Shown here piece after piece: positions 58,187 to 64,000 of a DNA stretch of 64,000 bases (position 1 is the first letter of the stretch; every line of letters begins with the position of its first letter). Below the pieces are notes generated by a model that saw only the letters and a program-made list of their open reading frames with translations, searched no databases and was not told the DNA's origin. The stretch lies in the NCBI GenBank assembly GCA_035549715.1, contig DASZQJ010000150.1, forward strand, positions 3,802 through 67,801. Direction: 5' to 3'. The position numbers were made by a program, and so were the translations under genes. The DNA is from Burkholderiales bacterium. Its GTDB lineage: Bacteria; Pseudomonadota; Gammaproteobacteria; Burkholderiales; JACQAP01.

Positions 58187-58951
58187 CTAGGGGTTCTTGC
58201 CGAGCATTTCCCCGGCGAGGGCGAGATAGGCGAGCGCGCCCTTCGACTGCCGGTCGAAGCTCAGCGCCGGCACGCCGTGGCTGGGCGCCTCCGCGAGCCG
58301 CACGTTGCGCGGGATGACGGTGCGGTAGACCTTGTCGCCGAAGTGCTGCTGCAACTGGTCGGAGACCTGCTGCGCCAGCATGTTGCGCGGGTCGTACATG
58401 GTGCGCAGCAATCCCTCGATTTCCAGCCCGGGGTTCAGGTTCGCGCGCACCTTCTTGATCGTCTGCACCAGGTCGCTCAGGCCCTCGAGCGCGTAGTACT
58501 CGCACTGCATGGGGATCATCACGGCATTCGCGGCGCACAGGCCGTTGACCGTCAGCAGGTTCAGCGCCGGGGGGCAGTCGAGCAGGATGAAGTCGTACTC
58601 GGGCAGCACGGGGACGAGCGCGGATTTCAGGCGCGTTTCGCGCGCTTCGAGCGCGACCATCTCGACTTCCGCCCCCGCCAGTTCGCGGTTGGCGGGAATC
58701 ACGTCGTAGCCGCCGCTCTCGCTGCGGACGCGGGCGGCCGTGATCGGCGCCGATCCGAGCAGGACTTCGTAGACGGTGGTGCGCAGGCTGCGTTTGTCGA
58801 TGCCGCTGCCCATGGTGGCGTTGCCCTGCGGATCCAGGTCCACGAGCAGCACGCGGCGCCCGGCCATGACCAGGCTGGCGGCGAGATTGATGGTGGTGGT
58901 CGTCTTGCCGACCCCGCCCTTCTGGTTGGTGATCGCGAGCACGCGGGTCAT
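58187..58951 (-). CDS. parA: Chromosome partitioning ATPase ParA
   Basis: 'NQKGGVGKTT', 'DLDPQGNAT', 'DCPPAL', 'IPRNVRLAEAPSHG'. Confidence 0.98.
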   Translation of the reverse strand: MTRVLAITNQKGGVGKTTTTINLAASLVMAGRRVLLVDLDPQGNATMGSGIDKRSLRTTVYEVLLGSAPITAARVRSESGGYDVIPANRELAGAEVEMVALEARETRLKSALVPVLPEYDFILLDCPPALNLLTVNGLCAANAVMIPMQCEYYALEGLSDLVQTIKKVRANLNPGLEIEGLLRTMYDPRNMLAQQVSDQLQQHFGDKVYRTVIPRNVRLAEAPSHGVPALSFDRQSKGALAYLALAGEMLGKNP

Positions 58952-59604
58952 GCGGCCGCGCTCCCGGCGGCATCCCCGCGCCGCTGCAGGAAAACGAGGT
59001 GGCGGGCGGCGTCCAGCTGCGGAACCGCCAGCGACAGGCTGCGCTCCACGATCCAGTCCGGCGGCAGGTGCCGGATCTCGTCGTCGGGACGCATGCCCTT
59101 CATGGCCGCCAGGCGACCGCCCGCGGCAACACAGTGCCCCGCAAGCGCGACGAAATCGGCGAGGTCCGAGAACGCACGCGATATGACGATCTCATACGGC
59201 CGTGCGGGCCGGTGGTCTTCGATCCGCTCGACGGCGACCTTCACGTTCTTCAGTTCCAGCTCCATGACCGCCTGTTTCAGGAACGCGCCCTTCTTGTGGT
59301 TCGAATCCAGCACCGTCACCGGCCGCGCGGGCTGCGCGACGGCGATCGGGATGCCGGGCATGCCGCCGCCGCTGCCGACGTCCAGCAGGGCCCCCGGCGG
59401 CAGGTGCGGCAGCACCGCCAGGCTGTCGAGCAGGTGATGCGTAACCATTCGTTCCTCGTCGCGGATCGCGGTCAGGTTGTAGACGCGGTTCCACTTGCCC
59501 AGCAGCGCGAGGTAATCGAGAAGCCGCTGCAGTGCCGGCTCGTCGAGCGCAATGCCCAGCTCCGCGACGCCCTGCCGCAGGTCCGCCAGCATCGCCGCAG
59601 TCAA
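58948..59604 (-). CDS. rsmG: 16S rRNA m7G527 methyltransferase
   Basis: 'WNRVYNLTA', 'HHLLDSL', '[10 protein letters not shown]', 'SRAF'. Confidence 0.96.
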   Translation of the reverse strand: MTAAMLADLRQGVAELGIALDEPALQRLLDYLALLGKWNRVYNLTAIRDEERMVTHHLLDSLAVLPHLPPGALLDVGSGGGMPGIPIAVAQPARPVTVLDSNHKKGAFLKQAVMELELKNVKVAVERIEDHRPARPYEIVISRAFSDLADFVALAGHCVAAGGRLAAMKGMRPDDEIRHLPPDWIVERSLSLAVPQLDAARHLVFLQRRGDAAGSAAA

Positions 59605-61517
59605 CGCGGCGTGCCGGCGCGCTGCCGCGTCGCCTGCGCCGGCCTGTCGGTGCCGATGCCCCGCTTCAGGTGAACGAGCAGCAGGGAGATGGCCGCGGGC
59701 GTGATGCCGGAGATGCGCTGCGCCTGGCCGACCGTCTCCGGACGATGCTTGTCGAGCTTCTGCTGGACCTCGATGGAGAGTCCGCGCACCGCGCGGTAGT
59801 CCATGTCTTCGGGCAGCCGCCAGTCTTCATACTGCGCCCGGCGCTGGACTTCCTCTTGTTGCCGATCGATATAGCCCTGGTACTTCACCTGGATCTCCAC
59901 CTGCCCGGCCGCCTGGACTTCGGCGATCCCGGGTCCCGCATCGGGCAGGGACATCAACGTTTCGTAAGTGATGCCCGGCCGCTTGAGCAGGTCGGCCGCG
60001 GTGTAGTCGCGCTCCAGCGCCTGGCCGAACAGGTTCCGCATCGTCTCGTCGCCCAGGAGGCGCGGGTTGATCCAGGTGGAGCGCAGCCGCTCGATTTCGC
60101 GCGCCACGGCTTCACGCTTGCGCTCGAAAACCGTCCAGCGGGCGTCATCGACAAGACCAAGCCGGCGCCCCACCTCGGTGAGCCGCATGTCGGCGTTGTC
60201 CTCGCGCAGGCTCAATCGATATTCGGCGCGGCTGGTGAACATGCGGTACGGCTCGGTCACGCCGCGCGTGATCAGGTCATCGACCAGGACACCCAGATAG
60301 GCTTCGTCACGGCGGGGGCACCACGCCGGCTCACCGCGGACCATCAGCGCCGCGTTGATGCCCGCCAGCAATCCTTGCGCTGCGGCCTCCTCGTAGCCGG
60401 TCGTGCCATTGATTTGCCCGGCGAAAAAGAGCCCGCGGAATGCCTTGGTTTCCAGCGATGCGCGCAGGCCGCGCGGATCGAAGTAATCGTACTCGATCGC
60501 ATACCCCGGCCGGGTCAGGTGGGCTCGCTCCAAGCCTTTGATCGAATGCACCAAATTGATCTGCACATCGAACGGCAGGCTGGTGGAGATGCCGTTGGGG
60601 TAGACCTCGTGGGTGGTCAAGCCTTCGGGCTCCAGGAAAATCTGGTGCGAAGCCTTGTCCGCGAAGCGCGTGATCTTGTCCTCGATGGACGGGCAATAGC
60701 GCGGCCCAATGCCTTCGATGACCCCGGTGAACATCGGCGACCGATCGAGCCCGCCCCGGATGATCTCGTGCGTATGCGCGTTGGTATGCGTGATCCAGCA
60801 GGGAAGCTGGCGAGGATGTTGCGCCGCCGTCCCGAGGAAGGAGAACGCGGGCACCGGATCGTCCCCCGGTTGCTCGGTCATGACGGAATAATCGATGGTG
60901 CGGCCGTCGATGCGAGGCGGAGTTCCGGTCTTGAGACGACCGACCGGCAATTGCATCTCTCGCAGCTTTTGCGCGAGCTTGAGGGAAGGAGGATCTCCCG
61001 CCCGCCCGGCCTGGTAGTTGTTGAGCCCGACATGGACCAGCCCGGAAAGGAAGGTCCCCGTCGTGAGGACTACCGTGCGGGCATGGAAGCGAATGCCCAG
61101 CTGCGTGACAACACCGGTGACAGCATCCCCTTCGGTCAGGATGTCATCCGCAGCCTGTTGAAAAATCGTGAGATTTTTCTGGTTCTCCAGCCGTGATCGA
61201 ATCGCCTGGCGATACAGGACTCGGTCGGCCTGGGCCCGGGTCGCCCGCACCGCGGGACCCTTGCTGGCATTGAGGATGCGGAACTGGATGCCGGCTTCGT
61301 CGGTTGCCGCCGCCATGACGCCACCGAGCGCATCGACTTCCTTGACGAGGTGTCCCTTGCCGATGCCCCCGATGGACGGGTTGCAGGACATCTGCCCCAG
61401 CGTTTCGATGCTGTGGGTCAGCAGCAGGGTCCGGCTGCCGGCGCGCGCGGCGGCCAAAGCCGCTTCCGTGCCGGCATGGCCTCCGCCCACCACGATGACA
61501 TCGAACGTGAATTCCAT
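59601..61517 (-). CDS. mnmG: tRNA modification enzyme MnmG (GidA)
   Basis: ATG 61517; '[12 protein letters not shown]', 'MSCNPSIGG', '[11 protein letters not shown]', '[16 protein letters not shown]'. Confidence 0.99.
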   Translation of the reverse strand: MEFTFDVIVVGGGHAGTEAALAAARAGSRTLLLTHSIETLGQMSCNPSIGGIGKGHLVKEVDALGGVMAAATDEAGIQFRILNASKGPAVRATRAQADRVLYRQAIRSRLENQKNLTIFQQAADDILTEGDAVTGVVTQLGIRFHARTVVLTTGTFLSGLVHVGLNNYQAGRAGDPPSLKLAQKLREMQLPVGRLKTGTPPRIDGRTIDYSVMTEQPGDDPVPAFSFLGTAAQHPRQLPCWITHTNAHTHEIIRGGLDRSPMFTGVIEGIGPRYCPSIEDKITRFADKASHQIFLEPEGLTTHEVYPNGISTSLPFDVQINLVHSIKGLERAHLTRPGYAIEYDYFDPRGLRASLETKAFRGLFFAGQINGTTGYEEAAAQGLLAGINAALMVRGEPAWCPRRDEAYLGVLVDDLITRGVTEPYRMFTSRAEYRLSLREDNADMRLTEVGRRLGLVDDARWTVFERKREAVAREIERLRSTWINPRLLGDETMRNLFGQALERDYTAADLLKRPGITYETLMSLPDAGPGIAEVQAAGQVEIQVKYQGYIDRQQEEVQRRAQYEDWRLPEDMDYRAVRGLSIEVQQKLDKHRPETVGQAQRISGITPAAISLLLVHLKRGIGTDRPAQATRQRAGTPR

Positions 61518-61560
61518 GGGTCCCTCGAAAGAGGCCGGAATGATACCCGCCCTCCCTTCG

Positions 61561-61576
61561 CGTTTCACGTGAAACA
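61561..61576. other. parS centromere-like site 1
   Basis: CGTTTCACGTGAAACA, 15/16 match to TGTTTCACGTGAAACA. Confidence 0.92.
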
Positions 61577-61588
61577 TGCGCTGGCGGA

Positions 61589-61604
61589 TGTTTCACGTGA
61601 AACG
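61589..61604. other. parS centromere-like site 2
   Basis: TGTTTCACGTGAAACG, 12 nt from site 1. Confidence 0.92.
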
Positions 61605-61605
61605 T

Positions 61606-62370
61606 TCAGTGCAACCAGTCCCAGGCGATCTTGGCGACCAGGGCGAGGACCACGGCCAGGAAAGCCGCACGAATCAGCGGGGCGCCCCGGCGGATGGCCA
61701 GGTGGGAGCCGATCAGCGCCCCGGCTATGCTGCAGGCGGCAAGCGGCAGGGCAACCAGGTAAAGGATGTTGCCGGTCGCCGCAAACAAGACGACGGCCCC
61801 AAAATTTGTCGAAAAATTAAGGACCTTGGCCGCAGCGGCAGCCCTCAGGAAATCATAGCCGAACCAGCGGACGAGGCCGAAGATCATGAAGCTGCCCGCG
61901 CCGGGGCCGAAAAAGCCGTCATAGAAACCAGCCAAGGTCGCCAGCGCGGGCATCAGCCACACCGGCTGCTGGACAGGTTCCTTTCCCGCCCGCTGGAGCC
62001 CCATGCCCGGCCGCAGGAGGGTGTAGGCCGCGACCATGACCAGCAACACCACGATGGCGGGACGCAGGACCGCCGGATCGAGCAGGGTCACGGTTTTCGC
62101 GCCGAGGACGGCACCGATCCCCGCACACAGGGCCGCGGGCAGGACACGACGCCAATCGATGGGCACGGAGAAGCCATAGCGCACCGTCGCCACGAAGGTG
62201 CCGGCGATGGAGGAAAGCTTGTTCGTCCCCAGGAGCAGGGCTGGGGACGCATTGGGGAAGACGGCGAACAGCGCCGGCACCAGGATCAGGCCCCCTCCCC
62301 CGGCAATTGCGTCCATCAGGCCGGCCAGAAAGGCGAACCCGCTGAGGATGAGAACGGGCTCGACGCTCAC
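61606..62370 (-). CDS. TauE/SafE (TSUP, YfcA-like) transporter
   Basis: GTG 62370 overlapping the mnmE stop; 'MDAIAGGGGLI', 'GTNKL', 'GFYDGFFGPG', 'AKVLNF'. Confidence 0.9.
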   Translation of the reverse strand: MSVEPVLILSGFAFLAGLMDAIAGGGGLILVPALFAVFPNASPALLLGTNKLSSIAGTFVATVRYGFSVPIDWRRVLPAALCAGIGAVLGAKTVTLLDPAVLRPAIVVLLVMVAAYTLLRPGMGLQRAGKEPVQQPVWLMPALATLAGFYDGFFGPGAGSFMIFGLVRWFGYDFLRAAAAAKVLNFSTNFGAVVLFAATGNILYLVALPLAACSIAGALIGSHLAIRRGAPLIRAAFLAVVLALVAKIAWDWLH

Positions 62371-63707
62371 TTGCCGATGCAGAACCGGCTGAAGATCTCG
62401 CCCAGCAGGTCGTCTGCGGTGAATTCCCCGGTGATCCCCGCCAGCGCCTGCTGTGCGAGACGCAATTCCTCGGCGAACAGCTCCAGGGATTCGAACCTCC
62501 CCTGCGCCCTCATCAGCGCATCGCGAGCGCTGAGCAATGCCTGGACATGCCGCTCCCGCGCGATGAACGAGACCTCTTCGCCGGGTTGCCATCCGAGCGC
62601 TTCCAGCAGCGCATCTCGCAGCAGATCCATCCCGGCGCCTGTCTTCGCCGAAAGCCGGATCTCCACGCCATGGGGTCCATCCGTCCTGCCAGGGACCGAT
62701 CCGGATAGATCTATCTTATTGAAAATAATTAATTTAATGGTATTTTTCGGGAGCTTTGCGAGGATCTCCCGATCGGGCTGGGTCAACCCGATGGCGGCGT
62801 CGACGACGACCAGCGCCACATCCGCGATGCGAGCTTCGCGCCAGGTTCGTTCGATGCCCAGCTTTTCGACGACGTCCGGCGCCTCTCGCAGGCCGGCGGT
62901 ATCCACCAGGTGCAGCGGAATCCCGTCGACGTGCAATGCATGCTTGAGCGAATCGCGCGTGGTGCCCGGGACCTCGGTGACGATGGCAACGTCCTCGCCG
63001 GCAAGCCGATTCATCAAGCTGGACTTGCCTACATTGGGCTGGCCCACCAGCACCACCCGGGCGCCTTCGCCCACGAGGCTGCCCTGCTTCGCCTGGCGCA
63101 GCACTTGCCCGACCGCATCGATGAGGACATCGAGCCGGCCGCGCGCATTCGCCCGCTCCAGGAAGTCGATGTCCTCCTCGGGGAAATCCAGCGACGCTTC
63201 CACGAGCGCGCGCAATTCCACCAACTCCGCGGTGAGCGCCTGCACGCGCGCCGAAAACTCACCCGAAAGGGACCGCATCGCGGCGCGCGCCGCCACCTCC
63301 GAACTCGCATCGATCAGGTCCGCGATGGCTTCCGCCTGCGCGAGGTCGATCCTGTCGTTGAGGAACGCACGCCGGGTGAATTCCCCCGGCTCCGCCGCGC
63401 GCACGCCAAGCTCGGCGCAGCGACGCATCAGCATCTGCAGGATGGCGCCACCGCCATGCCCCTGCAGCTCGAGCACGTCTTCCCCGGTGTAGGAATGCGG
63501 CGCCGGGAAATAGAGCGCGATGCCGCGATCGATGGCTTCCCCGCGTCCATCCAGGAAATCGCACAGGACGGCGCGGCGCGGGACGAGATCGCGCCCCAGC
63601 AGGCCGCGCAGGATGGACGGGACCTTCGGGCCCGACAACCGGACCACGCCGATTCCAGCGCGGCCCGGTGCGGTGGCTACCGCCGCAATGGTGTCAGCGC
63701 TTGGCAT
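62367..63707 (-). CDS. mnmE: tRNA modification GTPase MnmE (TrmE)
   Basis: 'TIAAVAT', 'GQPNVGKSS', 'GTTRD', 'DTAGLR', 'NKID', 'FSRFCIGK'. Confidence 0.99.
   Translation of the reverse strand: MPSADTIAAVATAPGRAGIGVVRLSGPKVPSILRGLLGRDLVPRRAVLCDFLDGRGEAIDRGIALYFPAPHSYTGEDVLELQGHGGGAILQMLMRRCAELGVRAAEPGEFTRRAFLNDRIDLAQAEAIADLIDASSEVAARAAMRSLSGEFSARVQALTAELVELRALVEASLDFPEEDIDFLERANARGRLDVLIDAVGQVLRQAKQGSLVGEGARVVLVGQPNVGKSSLMNRLAGEDVAIVTEVPGTTRDSLKHALHVDGIPLHLVDTAGLREAPDVVEKLGIERTWREARIADVALVVVDAAIGLTQPDREILAKLPKNTIKLIIFNKIDLSGSVPGRTDGPHGVEIRLSAKTGAGMDLLRDALLEALGWQPGEEVSFIARERHVQALLSARDALMRAQGRFESLELFAEELRLAQQALAGITGEFTADDLLGEIFSRFCIGK
62704..62747. other. AT-rich island inside mnmE (candidate DNA-unwinding element or nucleoid protein site)
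   Basis: 62708-62747 has 34/40 A+T; begins GATCTATCTTATT; contains the 12-bp palindrome GATAGATCTATC (62704-15). Confidence 0.4.
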
Positions 63708-64000
63708 GAGCGGGCTTGGACCGCTCGATACTGCGCGTGATCTGCCACTGCTGCGCGATGGACAGGATGTTGTTGACCAGCCAGTAGAGCACCAGGCCGG
63801 CCGGGAAGAAGAAGAAGAACACGCTGAACACCACCGGCATGATCTTCATGACCTTCGCCTGCACCGGATCGGGGGGCGTGGGATTGAGCCAGGTCTGGAT
63901 GATCATGGTGGCGCCCATGAGCACCGGCAGGATGTAGTAGGGATCCTGCGCGGAGAGGTCCTTGATCCAGCCGAAGAACGGAGCATTGCGCAGCTCCACG
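63694..64000 (-). CDS. yidC: Membrane protein insertase YidC, 3' end (truncated)
   Basis: '[24 protein letters not shown]', '[13 protein letters not shown]'. Confidence 0.97.
   Translation of the reverse strand, partial: VELRNAPFFGWIKDLSAQDPYYILPVLMGATMIIQTWLNPTPPDPVQAKVMKIMPVVFSVFFFFFPAGLVLYWLVNNILSIAQQWQITRSIERSKPAHAKR

Overview
A GC-rich Betaproteobacteria-like chromosomal segment just outside the dnaA region. The right end carries yidC(partial)-mnmE-TSUP-parS pair-mnmG-rsmG-parA-parB-atpIBEFHAGDC, and most genes from 23.8 kb onward are on the minus strand. Much of the window is housekeeping: mreBCD, gatCAB, pyrE, xth, ampG, metXW, lptE, leuS, prk, uvrD, thrB, polA, sodC, osmC, yaeQ, msbA, zapB/zapA and 6S RNA. 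Accessory blocks are an E. coli-like ydcSTUV-patD polyamine/aminoaldehyde operon, a cobalamin riboswitch with a TonB-dependent receptor, and a YbjQ-YbjQ-M48 peptidase cluster. The most notable block is a tightly coupled 8-gene operon (41445-50100): Liv-type ABC importer, ArgE/DapE-type M20 deacylase, fused MdcD-MdcE-like carboxyltransferase and MatB malonyl-CoA synthetase. I infer an undescribed route for importing and cleaving an N-malonyl (or methylmalonyl) conjugate and converting the acyl group to acetyl-CoA without ACP, biotin or MatA. Other observations: an 85% AT, GATC-flanked island inside mnmE resembling a DNA-unwinding element, several period-7 tandem/inverted intergenic repeats, a CACAGAG inverted-repeat element, an unannotated frameshifted sodC pseudogene, probable leaderless genes and a 1-nt head-to-head pyrE/xth overlap. 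No tRNA, rRNA, CRISPR array, transposase or integrase was recognised. Product calls come from motif recognition and recalled family knowledge, not database searches.
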